Assembly (NCBI GenBank): GCA_014361195.1
Contig: JACIWA010000007.1
Coordinates: 3,346-67,345, forward strand
Reading direction: 5' to 3'
DNA: 64,000 nucleotides
From: Thermoplasmatales archaeon
GTDB taxonomy: Archaea; Thermoplasmatota; E2; UBA202; JdFR-43
Shown: piece after piece, positions 10,107 through 19,349 of the stretch
How the letters are laid out: each line of letters starts with the position of its first letter
How positions within the stretch are numbered: the stretch's first letter is position 1
Program-made: the position numbers and the translations under genes
The notes under the pieces: generated by a model
Database searches by the model: none
Seen by the model: the letters and a program-made list of their open reading frames with translations, nothing else
Told to the model about the DNA's origin: nothing

Positions 10107-11048
10107 TTAATGTTTTTTTCCCAAAATCTCATTGTAATCTTCTTCCATTTCTTTTTTCAATTTATCCCATATTCTATTTCCAGTAAATGCATCCGCCCTG
10201 CAAGCAATTAAAATTTTTGAAGCCATCATTTTCGCTACTTTTCCCCTCTTGTTTTTAGGAGCTTTATTTACCATTTCATGCTGAAAAATTATGCCGTGTT
10301 TTGGTGGCGCCACACCCTCCTTTAAATGCCTGAAAAGAGCTCTTTCCGCCCCCAGCAGTTGTATCGTGCTCACGGGCTTTTTCGCAAGCTCATTTATGCC
10401 CCCCGCCCTTGCAACAAGCTTTGATGCTATCGAAGGACCAACAAGCTTTGTCAGATTTGGTGCAATTTCCTCCATCGATACCTCTATATATTTCTGCAGT
10501 TTTTCTCTTGCAATGTTTAAAGATTCTATTATTCTTGCCATGTTTTTCAGATTTTCCTCCTCTTCTCTATCCAGCTCCCCCTCCCCTATTTTTAGGTTAA
10601 AAATTCCATCTATTTCTTCATCAAATGAAAAATATTCATACCAGCTCCTCACTCTTTCAAGCAATATATTTGTAACTTTAATTATATCATCTATTGCATT
10701 AACCGCTTCCGCTATTCTCCTTTCCCTTTTTCTCTGCTCTTCCTCAATTTTTTTAACTGAAAACCTTATGCATACTTCTCTCAGCAAATTCTTTCCATAT
10801 CCAAATTTTTCTGCGCTTATCTTAATTTCTTTAAATTTTCCCTCTCTTCCAACAGCAAGCAACCTTCTTTCTTTAACTATTGGCTTATATTTTTCAAATT
10901 TCATTTCCTCTTCAATTATTCCTCCTTTTGAAATTCTATATAGCCTGTTTGCTATTTCATCCGCATTTTTTGGAAAAAGAACCTTTTCCCTTATCTCTTT
11001 CTCATCATATAAGAATACTCCAAACCATTTAGTTGTCATATAAAGCAT
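10107..11048 (-). CDS. nop5: Nop56/58 (Nop5) C/D-box RNP core protein, short form
   Basis: Nop domain signatures IAPNLTKLVGPSIASKLVARAGG, LLGAERALFRHLK and PKHGIIFQH. An alternative start is M at 11039. Confidence 0.85.
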   Translation of the reverse strand: MLYMTTKWFGVFLYDEKEIREKVLFPKNADEIANRLYRISKGGIIEEEMKFEKYKPIVKERRLLAVGREGKFKEIKISAEKFGYGKNLLREVCIRFSVKKIEEEQRKRERRIAEAVNAIDDIIKVTNILLERVRSWYEYFSFDEEIDGIFNLKIGEGELDREEEENLKNMARIIESLNIAREKLQKYIEVSMEEIAPNLTKLVGPSIASKLVARAGGINELAKKPVSTIQLLGAERALFRHLKEGVAPPKHGIIFQHEMVNKAPKNKRGKVAKMMASKILIACRADAFTGNRIWDKLKKEMEEDYNEILGKKH

Positions 11049-11110
11049 GAATATAAATCATTAATCATTCTTAAAATGTTTGCGCATAGCGATAAATTTT
11101 TATCCAACAA

Positions 11111-11120
11111 TTTTATATAT
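11111..11120 (+). promoter_or_regulatory. TATA-box-like element upstream of the ribosomal protein operon
   Basis: TTTTATATAT lies about 30 nt upstream of the rpl3 ATG (11150), in a 100-bp divergent intergenic region. Confidence 0.35.
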
Positions 11121-11149
11121 CTCCTCTCATATTTGGGTAAGGCGTTAAA

Positions 11150-12118
11150 ATGTCTCAGCATAGCAAACCTAAAAGAGGATCACTGGGCTATTCGCCCCGC
11201 AAGAGAGTTAGTTCGGAAAGGCAAGCGGTAAGAAGCTGGATGGGTAATGAGGGCTTGCTTGGTTTTGCTGGTTATAAAGCAGGGATGACACATGTAATGC
11301 TGGTTGATTATCGCCCTACTTCCCTTACATCAGGGCAGGAAGTTATGGTGCCTGTTACAATTGTTGAAACTCCCCCAATGAAAGTTGTTGGAATGAGGTT
11401 CTATGAATATACTCCATATGGAATGAGGAGCATTGGTGAGATCTGGAGCGATGACTTACAAGCTTTAAGTGAGCTAATTTGCCTTCCAAAGAAAAAAGAA
11501 AAGAAGGAATACACTAATTATGATGAAATAAGAGTAATTGCACATACCCAGCCATACAAGGTTACAGGTGTGCCAAAGAAAGTTCCAGAAATTTTTGAAA
11601 TTGGGGTTGGAGGTGAGCTAAAGGATAAATATTCTCTTGCTGAAAGTTTGTTTGGAAAAGAAATAAGTGTTAAAGATGTTTTTAAAGAGGGGGAAATGGT
11701 TGATATAATAGGTGTTTCAAAAGGAAAAGGATTTCAAGGGCATATAAAAAGGTGGGGAGTGAAGCTATTGCATCACAAAAACAGAAAGCACCGAAGAATG
11801 ATAGGAACCCTCGGCCCATGGCTTTCGTGGGTCCGCCCTTCTGTCCCGCAAGCAGGCCAGATGGGATTCCATAGGAGAACAGAGTATAATAAGAGAATAT
11901 TGAAGATAGGGGAGAAGCCTGAGGAAATAAATCCTCCAGGTGGTTTTATTCGCTATGGGTTTATAAGAAATGATTATGTAATATTACACGGGAGCATTGT
12001 TGGATGCACAAAAAGACTTGTTTTTATGAGAAAGGCAATTCGTTATCATGCTGGCGTAAAGGTTGAGAAACCAGAGATTGCATATATATCTACAACAAGC
12101 AGACAGGGTGTAAGATGA
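11150..12118 (+). CDS. rpl3: 50S ribosomal protein L3
   Basis: KPKRGSLGYSPRKR start and the FQGHIKRWGVK motif. First gene of the conserved L3-L4-L23-L2 order. Confidence 0.95.
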   Translation: MSQHSKPKRGSLGYSPRKRVSSERQAVRSWMGNEGLLGFAGYKAGMTHVMLVDYRPTSLTSGQEVMVPVTIVETPPMKVVGMRFYEYTPYGMRSIGEIWSDDLQALSELICLPKKKEKKEYTNYDEIRVIAHTQPYKVTGVPKKVPEIFEIGVGGELKDKYSLAESLFGKEISVKDVFKEGEMVDIIGVSKGKGFQGHIKRWGVKLLHHKNRKHRRMIGTLGPWLSWVRPSVPQAGQMGFHRRTEYNKRILKIGEKPEEINPPGGFIRYGFIRNDYVILHGSIVGCTKRLVFMRKAIRYHAGVKVEKPEIAYISTTSRQGVR

Positions 12119-12873
12119 AAGCAATCGTTTATGATATAAATGGGGAAATAAAGGAAGAAATTGATCTTCCAAAATGCTTCTCTTTTGAGTATAGACCAGA
12201 TTTGATAAGAAAAGCATTCAACATAATTCGCTCTAACTCTCGCCAGCCATATGGAACAGATAAAAGAGCGGGCCATTATGTTGCGGAATCTTTTGGTCCA
12301 GGTAGAGGAATTTCCAGAACACCTCGTATTGCATCTGGAAGAGGGGCTTTTGCACCTCAAACTGTAAAGGGAAGAGAAGCACATCCTCCAAAAGTGGAGA
12401 AGATATGGAAAAGAAAAGTTAATAGAAAAGAAATGATCCTTGCTAGAATTTCAGCAATTTCAGCAACTGCAAATGAAGAGCTTGTGAAGCAAAGAGGTCA
12501 CAAATTTAATACTTCATTACCCATAGTTCTGGATGACACATTCAATGATGTAAGCAAGGTAAAGGATATAATTTCTTTATTCAAGAAAATAGGGATTGGT
12601 GATGATATTGTAAGGGCAAAGGAAGGGAAGCATATAAGGGCGGGAATAGGAAAATTGAGGGGAAGGAAATATAGAAAACCAAAGTCAATCCTTATTGTTA
12701 CAGATAAAAAGGAAAAAATTAAAAAATCTGCTGATAATTTAGCTGGTGTGGATGTTGTAAGTGTGGATGAGCTAAATGTTGCGCACCTTGCGCCAGGAGG
12801 GCAGGCGGGCAGGCTTACGGTATATACTAAAGGAGCGATAGTTAAGCTGGGTGAGAGATATGAATCCATATGA
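12115..12873 (+). CDS. rpl4: 50S ribosomal protein L4
   Basis: Position after L3 with a 4-nt overlap. GRGISRTPRI and GKLRGRKY motifs. Confidence 0.95.
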   Translation: MKAIVYDINGEIKEEIDLPKCFSFEYRPDLIRKAFNIIRSNSRQPYGTDKRAGHYVAESFGPGRGISRTPRIASGRGAFAPQTVKGREAHPPKVEKIWKRKVNRKEMILARISAISATANEELVKQRGHKFNTSLPIVLDDTFNDVSKVKDIISLFKKIGIGDDIVRAKEGKHIRAGIGKLRGRKYRKPKSILIVTDKKEKIKKSADNLAGVDVVSVDELNVAHLAPGGQAGRLTVYTKGAIVKLGERYESI

Positions 12874-13117
12874 GATAATAAGGCATCCATATATAACTGA
12901 AAAGACAATGGTTCTTATGGAGAAGAATAATTCCCTTCAGTTCATCACAAAAATTGATGCAAATAAGAAGCAAATAAAGGAAGCGATTGAGAAAATATTT
13001 GCGGTTAAAGTGGAAAGTGTTAACACAAGGATAGGAAAAAAGGGAAAAATAGCAACTGTTAAGCTAAAGCCAGAGTATAGGGCAGAAGATGTTGCTACAA
13101 GAATTGGAGCGTTGTGA
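12851..13117 (+). CDS. rpl23: 50S ribosomal protein L23
   Basis: IIRHPYITEKTM and the KKQIKEAIEKIFAVKV pattern, plus operon position. M at 12860 is an alternative start. Confidence 0.95.
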   Translation: MRDMNPYEIIRHPYITEKTMVLMEKNNSLQFITKIDANKKQIKEAIEKIFAVKVESVNTRIGKKGKIATVKLKPEYRAEDVATRIGAL

Positions 13118-13126
13118 GGTGAAAAA

Positions 13127-13828
13127 ATGGGTAAAAGATTAAGGTTACAAAGGCGTGGAAGGGGGAGCATCTGGCAAAGTCCTTCATTCAAGCATAAGGG
13201 TCCAGTAGCATATCCTCCAGTTGGAGAGTATGAAGGAGTAATTGAAGATATAATTCATAATCCCGGCTCAACCGCTCCTGTTGTAGTAGTAAGACTTAAT
13301 GATGGAAGAGAAGCAAGAATAGTTGCAAATGAAGGAGCAATTGTTGGAGAAAAAATAAAATTTACTAGTGAGAGTATTTTTAAAGCGGGTAATGTATTGC
13401 CACTTTCCTCAATTCCTCAAGGAGCCCCAATCTACAATATAGAAGGAACGCCAGGAGATGGAGGAAAATTTGTAAGAAGTGCAGGCGCATATGCAACAAT
13501 TATATCTCACGAAAAGGACTTTGTAATAGTGAGGTTGCCTTCCGGAAAACATAAGAAATTCCTTCCTTTGTGCAGGGCAACGGTGGGGCTTGCGGCGGGA
13601 GGAGGAAGGAGGGACAAGCCGATATTAAAGGCGGGTAAGAAGTATCATATGGTGAGAAGCAGGGCAAAATTATTCCCGATTGTAAGTGGTGTTGCAATGA
13701 ATCCAGTAAATCATCCTCATGGAGGAGGGAGTCATCAGCATGTTGGAAGACCAAAAACTGTTTCAAGAGGTGCTCCACCTGGAAGGAAAGTTGGTTCAAT
13801 ATCCGCCAGAAGGACTGGTAAGAGGTGA
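13127..13828 (+). CDS. rpl2: 50S ribosomal protein L2
   Basis: GVAMNPVNHPHGGG signature. 233 aa. Confidence 0.97.
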   Translation: MGKRLRLQRRGRGSIWQSPSFKHKGPVAYPPVGEYEGVIEDIIHNPGSTAPVVVVRLNDGREARIVANEGAIVGEKIKFTSESIFKAGNVLPLSSIPQGAPIYNIEGTPGDGGKFVRSAGAYATIISHEKDFVIVRLPSGKHKKFLPLCRATVGLAAGGGRRDKPILKAGKKYHMVRSRAKLFPIVSGVAMNPVNHPHGGGSHQHVGRPKTVSRGAPPGRKVGSISARRTGKR

Positions 13829-13832
13829 TTAA

Positions 13833-14249
13833 ATGGCTAGAAAGAGGAAAATTGAAATTACAAGCAAAAAAGAATTCCTTTACAGAGGGCTTAAAATTGA
13901 TGATGTAACAAAGATGAGCATTGAGGATATTCTGCCATATTTGCCATCGAGGGCAAGAAGGAGTTTAAAGCGTGGCTTAACTCCTCGCCAATATAGATTT
14001 ATTCAAAAACTCAGGAAAACTGAAAAAGGAAAGGTTATAAGAACACATTTAAGGGATATGATTATCCTTCCAGAATTTGTTGGTCATACAATAGCAGTGC
14101 ATAATGGAAAAGAATTTTTACCAGTTAGTATTAAGCCGGAAATGATAGGTCATTATCTCGGTGAGTTTGCAATGACTAGGAAGGAAGTCAAGCACAGCGG
14201 GCCTGGCGTAGGAGCAACTCGCTCTTCAAAATATCTGCCATTGAAGTGA
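13833..14249 (+). CDS. rps19: 30S ribosomal protein S19
   Basis: [12 protein letters not shown] signature and operon position. Confidence 0.95.
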   Translation: MARKRKIEITSKKEFLYRGLKIDDVTKMSIEDILPYLPSRARRSLKRGLTPRQYRFIQKLRKTEKGKVIRTHLRDMIILPEFVGHTIAVHNGKEFLPVSIKPEMIGHYLGEFAMTRKEVKHSGPGVGATRSSKYLPLK

Positions 14250-14253
14250 GAAG

Positions 14254-14694
14254 ATGAGGTATTCAATAGAGTTAGACCCGGAAAAAACTGCGAAGGCATA
14301 TGGAAAGGAGCTATATTGCTCTCCAAAGCATTGTGAAAATATAGCGAGAGCTATAAGAGGAATGAAAGTAAAAGATGCAAAGAATTTTTTGGATGATGTA
14401 ATCCAGCATAAAAGAGCATTGCCATTGAAAACCCATAACAAAAATCGCCCCCATCAACGTGGTGTAGGGCCGGGTTGCTATCCAGAGAAGGCCTGCAAAA
14501 TGATTCTTGAAGTTATAAAAAATGCAGAGAACAATGCAGAGTATAAAGGACTTAATGTAGAGAATATGTACATAGCTCATATTTCTGCGTATAAAGGGAG
14601 GGAAATAAAGGGATTCATGCCACGTGCTATGGGAAGAGCAACTGACTGGAATGAGCAAACAACAAATGTTGAGATAATAATTTCAGAGGAGTAA
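14254..14694 (+). CDS. rpl22: 50S ribosomal protein L22
   Basis: Operon position between S19 and S3. ISAYKGREIKGFMPRAMGRA pattern. Confidence 0.93.
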   Translation: MRYSIELDPEKTAKAYGKELYCSPKHCENIARAIRGMKVKDAKNFLDDVIQHKRALPLKTHNKNRPHQRGVGPGCYPEKACKMILEVIKNAENNAEYKGLNVENMYIAHISAYKGREIKGFMPRAMGRATDWNEQTTNVEIIISEE

Positions 14695-14695
14695 A

Positions 14696-15580
14696 ATGGC
14701 CATAGAAAGAAAGTTTGTTGAGGAAAATCAAAAGCGTGTCTTGCTTAAAGAATTTTTAGAGAAAGAGTGCGAAAGAGCGGGTTTTGGAGGAGTTAAAATT
14801 CAGCGAATTCCTATGGGTACGCTGATAACTCTACAAGTTGAAAGACCTGGCTTAATTATAGGAAGAGGGGGGAAAAGAATAAATGAAATTACAAATATAA
14901 TAAAGGAGAGATTTGGAATTGAAAATCCACAGATTGAAATAGAGGATATAGGTGGAAAGGCATTGCTCAATGCAACCCTTATGGCCCAGAAAGTTGCGGA
15001 CTCGCTTGAGAGAGGATGGCATTTCCGCAGAGTTGGTCATTCAACAGTCCGCAGGATTGTTGAGGCGGGCGCAAGAGGTTGCCAGGTAGTGATATCTGGA
15101 AAGCTAACAGGAGAGAGACATAGGTCTGAGAAATTTACTCTTGGTTATGTTAAATACTGTGGTGAGGTTGCGGAGCGAGTTATGGAAGAATCAATTGCGA
15201 GTGCAAAGACAAAACCAGGAATTATAGGAGTTAAAGTTAGGTTGATGAAACCTGATGTTGAGTTACCAGATGTTGTAAAGATAGTTGAAGAAGGAAGGGA
15301 GATTTTGCAAAAAGAAATTGAAAAAGAAAGGGAGGAAAAAGAGGAAAAACTCGAGAAATTGGAAAAAATAGATATTATGGATTTGCCAGAAATACCATCA
15401 AATGTTGTTGCTTCATTGAAGAAGGCGGGAATAAAAAATGCTCGTGAGTTATATGAAATGGATATAAATGATTTAATTGAAATTAAGGGAATTGGTATAA
15501 AAAGGGCTGAAAGAATTAAGGAAATATTAAAGGAGGTGCTTAAGAAAAATGAAGGCGAGGGAAATAAGGAAAATGAATAG
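14696..15580 (+). CDS. rps3: 30S ribosomal protein S3 with C-terminal E/K-rich linker and HhH-like extension
   Basis: KH domain LIIGRGGKRINEI and the S3 C-domain. An extra ~95 aa tail contains IPSNVVASLKKAGIKNARELYEMDINDLIEIKGIGIKRAERI. Confidence 0.93.
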   Translation: MAIERKFVEENQKRVLLKEFLEKECERAGFGGVKIQRIPMGTLITLQVERPGLIIGRGGKRINEITNIIKERFGIENPQIEIEDIGGKALLNATLMAQKVADSLERGWHFRRVGHSTVRRIVEAGARGCQVVISGKLTGERHRSEKFTLGYVKYCGEVAERVMEESIASAKTKPGIIGVKVRLMKPDVELPDVVKIVEEGREILQKEIEKEREEKEEKLEKLEKIDIMDLPEIPSNVVASLKKAGIKNARELYEMDINDLIEIKGIGIKRAERIKEILKEVLKKNEGEGNKENE

Positions 15581-15743
15581 AGAAGAGAGAATTAAAAAAC
15601 TTGATGAATTGAGAAATGAATTAATGCGGGAGTATGGGCGCTCTTCAATGGGTGGTTCATCACCCTCTCCTGGAAGAATAAGGTATATCCGTAAAAGCAT
15701 AGCAAGATTACTCACAATTATGAGGGAGGAAGGAGATATATAA
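15549..15743 (+). CDS. rpl29: 50S ribosomal protein L29
   Basis: MKAREIRKMNREERIKKLDELRNELM is the typical L29 start. It overlaps the S3 tail by 32 nt. Confidence 0.93.
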   Translation: MKAREIRKMNREERIKKLDELRNELMREYGRSSMGGSSPSPGRIRYIRKSIARLLTIMREEGDI

Positions 15744-16036
15744 TGGAAGTGTGCAAAGTTTGTGGTCTGCCCAGAGAACTTTGCGTTTGTGAAAAAATTG
15801 CAAGGGAGGGAAAAGAAATAAAGATATACACTGAAAAAAGGAGATATGGAAAGATTGTTACAATTATAGGAGGAATAGACTCAAGTGTTGATATATCTGA
15901 AATCGCAAAAGAGCTGAAGAAATGCTGTGCATGTGGGGGAACAGTTAAAAATAATCTTGTTGAGCTACAAGGCGACCATAAGGAGAAAGCAAAGAAGAAG
16001 CTTGAAGAAATGGGGTTCAACGTGGTGGTGGAATGA
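15743..16036 (+). CDS. Translation initiation factor SUI1 (aIF1)
   Basis: N-terminal CxxC..CxC knuckle CKVCGLPRELCVCE followed by the SUI1 fold segment GKIVTIIGG...ELQGDH. Confidence 0.9.
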   Translation: MEVCKVCGLPRELCVCEKIAREGKEIKIYTEKRRYGKIVTIIGGIDSSVDISEIAKELKKCCACGGTVKNNLVELQGDHKEKAKKKLEEMGFNVVVE

Positions 16037-16278
16037 AAAAATTTTTAAAGTCTGAATTTATTGGGTTGCCTATCAAAATAATTCAATGTACTGATAAAAG
16101 CCTTGAAAAAGTTGAAGGAAAAATAATAGATGAGACGAAGAATATGTTTGTGATAGAAACAAAAAAAGGAATAAAAAAGGTTGCAAAAAGCATTGCAAAA
16201 TTTGAAATAGATGGAAATGTTATCGATGGGAGAAAAATAGCATATGCTCCTCATGAAAGAATAAGGAGGATAAGATGA
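16033..16278 (+). CDS. rnp1: RNase P protein component 1 (Rpp29/Pop4)
   Basis: [33 protein letters not shown] matches the Rpp29 Sm-like core. It holds the conserved position between L29/SUI1 and S17. Confidence 0.85.
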   Translation: MKKFLKSEFIGLPIKIIQCTDKSLEKVEGKIIDETKNMFVIETKKGIKKVAKSIAKFEIDGNVIDGRKIAYAPHERIRRIR

Positions 16279-16586
16279 TAGGAATAGATGTTAAAGAGCC
16301 AGAAAAAACATGCAGTGATAAAAATTGCCCTTTTCATGGGCACTTAAAGGTTAGAGGAATAATTTTAAAAGGAAAAATTGTTTCGAAGGCGATGCAAAAG
16401 ACGGTTGTTGTAGAAAGAGAAAGATTTCATTATGTTCCAAAATATGAGAGATATGAGAAGAGGACAAGCAGATATAAAGCACATTTGCCCCCTTGCATAG
16501 ATGTTGAAAAAGGTGATGAAGTAATCATAATGGAGTGTCGTCCTTTAAGTAAAACCAAGCACTTTGTTGTGGTGGGGAAAAAATGA
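16275..16586 (+). CDS. rps17: 30S ribosomal protein S17
   Basis: [11 protein letters not shown] and [13 protein letters not shown] signatures. Confidence 0.95.
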   Translation: MIGIDVKEPEKTCSDKNCPFHGHLKVRGIILKGKIVSKAMQKTVVVERERFHYVPKYERYEKRTSRYKAHLPPCIDVEKGDEVIIMECRPLSKTKHFVVVGKK

Positions 16587-16981
16587 AAGGAGTAGCTGCA
16601 AAAATAACCCGTGGTTTGCCAACAGGAGCGGAGCTGGAGTGTGCAGATAATACAGGAGCACAAGTAGTGGAGATAGTGGCGGTTAAAGGGCTTAAAACAG
16701 TTCATAGGAGATATCCTTCTGCAGGTGTGGGAGACATGGTTTTTGTCACGGTCAAGAAAGGGAAGCCTGAGCTGAAGAGGCAGGTATTTCCCGCTGTAAT
16801 AATAAGACAGCGTATGCCCTACAGGCGCCCAGATGGAACAAGAGTGCAATTTGAAGACAATGCTGCAGTAATAGTAAATCCGCAGGGAGAGATGAAGGGC
16901 TCCGCCATAAAAGGGGCGGTGGCGAGGGAGGCTGCTGAAAGATGGCCGAGGGTGGCGGCTGCGTCCGCAATTATTGTGTGA
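16583..16981 (+). CDS. rpl14: 50S ribosomal protein L14
   Basis: [10 protein letters not shown] near the N-terminus. 132 aa. Confidence 0.97.
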   Translation: MKGVAAKITRGLPTGAELECADNTGAQVVEIVAVKGLKTVHRRYPSAGVGDMVFVTVKKGKPELKRQVFPAVIIRQRMPYRRPDGTRVQFEDNAAVIVNPQGEMKGSAIKGAVAREAAERWPRVAAASAIIV

Positions 16982-16985
16982 GAAC

Positions 16986-17468
16986 ATGAGCAAGCAACCA
17001 AGAAAACAGAGGAAAAGGATTTATAATGCTCCTTTGCATTTGAGGAGGAAATTTTTGTCCGCACATCTTACAAGTGAGCTAATTGTGAGGTATAAGAGGA
17101 GAAGCATTCCAGTGGTGAGGGGTGATACGGTAAAGATAATGAGAGGCGAGTTTGCGGGTCAAACAGGGAGAGTAAGGAAAGTAAATTTGAAGGAGGGCAC
17201 TGTTGAAATAGAGGGGGTTACGATTACAAAAGCGGATGGAAAGAAAGTTTCGCGCCCGATTCATGCTTCCAATTTGCTCATAACAAAACTAAATTTGACT
17301 GATCCATGGAGGAGAAGGAAGATAAGTGAGAAGCTAACAGAGGAAGAGAAAATTGAAGTTGAAAAGGAGGCGGAAGAGCAGAAGAAGGAAATTGGGGAAG
17401 AAGAGAAGGAAGAAAAGGAGGAAAAAGAAAAAGAAGAAAAGAAGGAGGAAGGAAATGAGCCATCTTAA
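16986..17468 (+). CDS. rpl24: 50S ribosomal protein L24 with E/K-rich C-terminal tail
   Basis: KOW motif VRGDTVKIMRGEFAGQTGRV. Start chosen at MSKQPRKQRK (16986). The tail is encoded by a near-pure purine tract at about 17330-17460. Confidence 0.93.
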   Translation: MSKQPRKQRKRIYNAPLHLRRKFLSAHLTSELIVRYKRRSIPVVRGDTVKIMRGEFAGQTGRVRKVNLKEGTVEIEGVTITKADGKKVSRPIHASNLLITKLNLTDPWRRRKISEKLTEEEKIEVEKEAEEQKKEIGEEEKEEKEEKEKEEKKEEGNEPS

Positions 17469-18162
17469 AAGATTAAATGCGCCTCGTTCATGGCAAATAG
17501 AAAGAAAGGTAACAAAATGGGCGGTTAGGCCATCGCCTGGCCCACATGGAATAGAGGAATCAATTCCTCTGCTAAATGTTATAAGAGATTATCTTTCAGT
17601 TGCGGACACCGCAAGAGAGGCTAAGAAGTTGATATCCGCCAGGAAAATACTGGTTGATGGAAAAGCAAGAATTGACTATAGATTTCCGTGCGGGCTTATG
17701 GATGTAGTTACAATATTGCCCTTGGATGCCCATTATAGAGTTTTAATTGATTCAAGAGGTATTTTAAGGCTGGTTAAAATAGATGAAGAAATGGCAAAAT
17801 GGAAGCTATGTAGAATAGAAAATAAGACAACATTAAGGGGGGGAAAGACGCAGTTAAACCTGCATGATGGAAGAAATATTATTGTGAGCGAGGATAAATA
17901 TAAGACAGGGGATGTTTTAAAAATATCAATTCCAAAACAGGAAATAATCGAGCACATTCCATTGCAGGAAGGTTACATTTCATTGATAACTGGTGGTAGC
18001 CATATAGGAAAAATAGAAAGAATAAAAAAATTGATAGTTACAAGAACTCCTTTACCAAATATTGTTGAGCTCGAGAGCTTTTCAACCATAAAAGATTATG
18101 TATTTCCAGTTGGAAAAGATGAGCCATTGATAACTCTTCCACAGGTGAGTATATATGGATAA
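17455..18162 (+). CDS. rps4e: 30S ribosomal protein S4e
   Basis: MSHLKRLNAPRSWQIERK is the canonical S4e start, with a GGAGG Shine-Dalgarno just upstream. The listed K/R-rich 34-aa extension from 17353 is the alternate frame of the L24 tail. Confidence 0.93.
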   Translation: MSHLKRLNAPRSWQIERKVTKWAVRPSPGPHGIEESIPLLNVIRDYLSVADTAREAKKLISARKILVDGKARIDYRFPCGLMDVVTILPLDAHYRVLIDSRGILRLVKIDEEMAKWKLCRIENKTTLRGGKTQLNLHDGRNIIVSEDKYKTGDVLKISIPKQEIIEHIPLQEGYISLITGGSHIGKIERIKKLIVTRTPLPNIVELESFSTIKDYVFPVGKDEPLITLPQVSIYG

Positions 18163-18676
18163 TCGCAAGGATAATCCGATGAGGAGCATAAGAATAGAAA
18201 AAGTAGTTGTAAATATGGGTGTTGGAGAAGGAGGAGAGAAGCTAAAAAAGGCGGAGCAAGTAATGGAGCAACTTACTGGACAGAAACCTGTAAAAACTCT
18301 TGCAAAAAAGACAAACAGGGACTTTGGAATTAAAAAAGGTATGTCTATTGGATGCAAGGTCACTCTTAGAAAAGATAAGGCAATAGATTTTCTTAAAAAA
18401 GCTTTATGGGTTCGCGACTATAAAATTCCAAAATGGTCATTTTGTGATGGAACCCTCTCATTTGGAATAAAAGAGCATACAGAATTTGAGGGAATGAAAT
18501 ATCAGCCAGAAATAGGAATATTTGGACTGGATGTATGTGTTACATTTGAAAGGAAGGGATATAGAGTTAAAAGGAGGAGAATCGCAAGGAGCAATTTGCC
18601 AGAAAAAGAAAAAATAAAAAGCGATGAGATAATTGACTATATGAAAAAAGAATTTAATGTTGAGGTAATAGAATGA
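18155..18676 (+). CDS. rpl5: 50S ribosomal protein L5
   Basis: [19 protein letters not shown] start and the FGIKEHTEF motif. Confidence 0.95.
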   Translation: MDNRKDNPMRSIRIEKVVVNMGVGEGGEKLKKAEQVMEQLTGQKPVKTLAKKTNRDFGIKKGMSIGCKVTLRKDKAIDFLKKALWVRDYKIPKWSFCDGTLSFGIKEHTEFEGMKYQPEIGIFGLDVCVTFERKGYRVKRRRIARSNLPEKEKIKSDEIIDYMKKEFNVEVIE

Positions 18677-18828
18677 AGATAAAGGAAAGGCAGAAAAAAT
18701 ACGGGCGCATAGACGGATGCACCAGATGCGGGCGCAGGCGAGGAATCATAAGAAGATATGGAATGCGTTTGTGCAGGCAATGCTTCAGAGAAATTGCAAA
18801 GGAGATGGGATTTAAGAAATTCAGCTGA
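18673..18828 (+). CDS. rps14: 30S ribosomal protein S14 (zinc-binding type); not in ORF track
   Basis: Manual translation gives [51 protein letters not shown] (51 aa). It has a CxxC...CxxC pattern and a 4-nt ATGA overlap with L5. Confidence 0.9.
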   Translation: MKIKERQKKYGRIDGCTRCGRRRGIIRRYGMRLCRQCFREIAKEMGFKKFS

Positions 18829-18832
18829 TTTT

Positions 18833-19303
18833 TTATTCCAATTTTTCTAGATAATCAAGAAGCATTTGAAGTGCGGAATTGCAAAAATTCTGTTTATTTT
18901 CTAACCTATCTCCTTTAAATAAAAATCTTTTTACCTCAGTTCCTTCTGGAGTTGCAAGGGCAATATAAACAAGTCCAACTGGCTTTTCTTCTGTTCCTCC
19001 TGTTGGCCCCGCTATTCCAGTTGTTGCTATCGCTATGTCCGCTCCTATAACTTTTTTTGCTCCTTCCGCCATCTCGCGGGCGGTTTGCTCTGATACCGCT
19101 CCATATTTCTTTAAAGTTTCTTCTTTTACTCCCAAAATTTTAGCCTTTATCTCATTGCTATATGCTACTATTCCTCCTTTATAATATTCAGAGCTTCCTG
19201 AAATGTTTGTTAGGGTATGAGCTATTAAGCCAGCGGTGCAAGATTCCGCGGTTGCAATCCATAAATTATTTTTTTTAAGCAGTTCAGCAATTCTTTCAAT
19301 CAT
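18833..19303 (-). CDS. CinA/PncC-type nicotinamide-nucleotide amidase domain protein
   Basis: ATAESCTAGLIAHTL, GGIVAYSNEIK and ATTGIAGPTGG signatures of the CinA C-terminal domain. Confidence 0.85.
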   Translation of the reverse strand: MIERIAELLKKNNLWIATAESCTAGLIAHTLTNISGSSEYYKGGIVAYSNEIKAKILGVKEETLKKYGAVSEQTAREMAEGAKKVIGADIAIATTGIAGPTGGTEEKPVGLVYIALATPEGTEVKRFLFKGDRLENKQNFCNSALQMLLDYLEKLE

Positions 19304-19349
19304 GAAAATATATTATGAAGATGTTTTTATGCTTATCTTTCATTTCCAC

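Noticed and set aside
10291-11043. 250-aa ORF on the plus strand
   Set aside because: It is entirely antisense to the well-supported nop5 gene. It has low-complexity S/F/L/I-rich composition and no motifs. It is a typical shadow ORF of an AT-rich K/E-rich gene.
16430-16993. 187-aa minus-strand ORF, plus 16752-16970 and 16819-17064
   Set aside because: They are antisense to rps17, rpl14 and rpl24, inside a co-directional ribosomal operon, with no recognisable domain.
17353-17454. K/R-rich 34-aa N-terminal extension of the S4e ORF
   Set aside because: It is the alternate reading frame of the purine-rich L24 tail. The canonical S4e start MSHLKRL, with an upstream GGAGG, lies at 17455.
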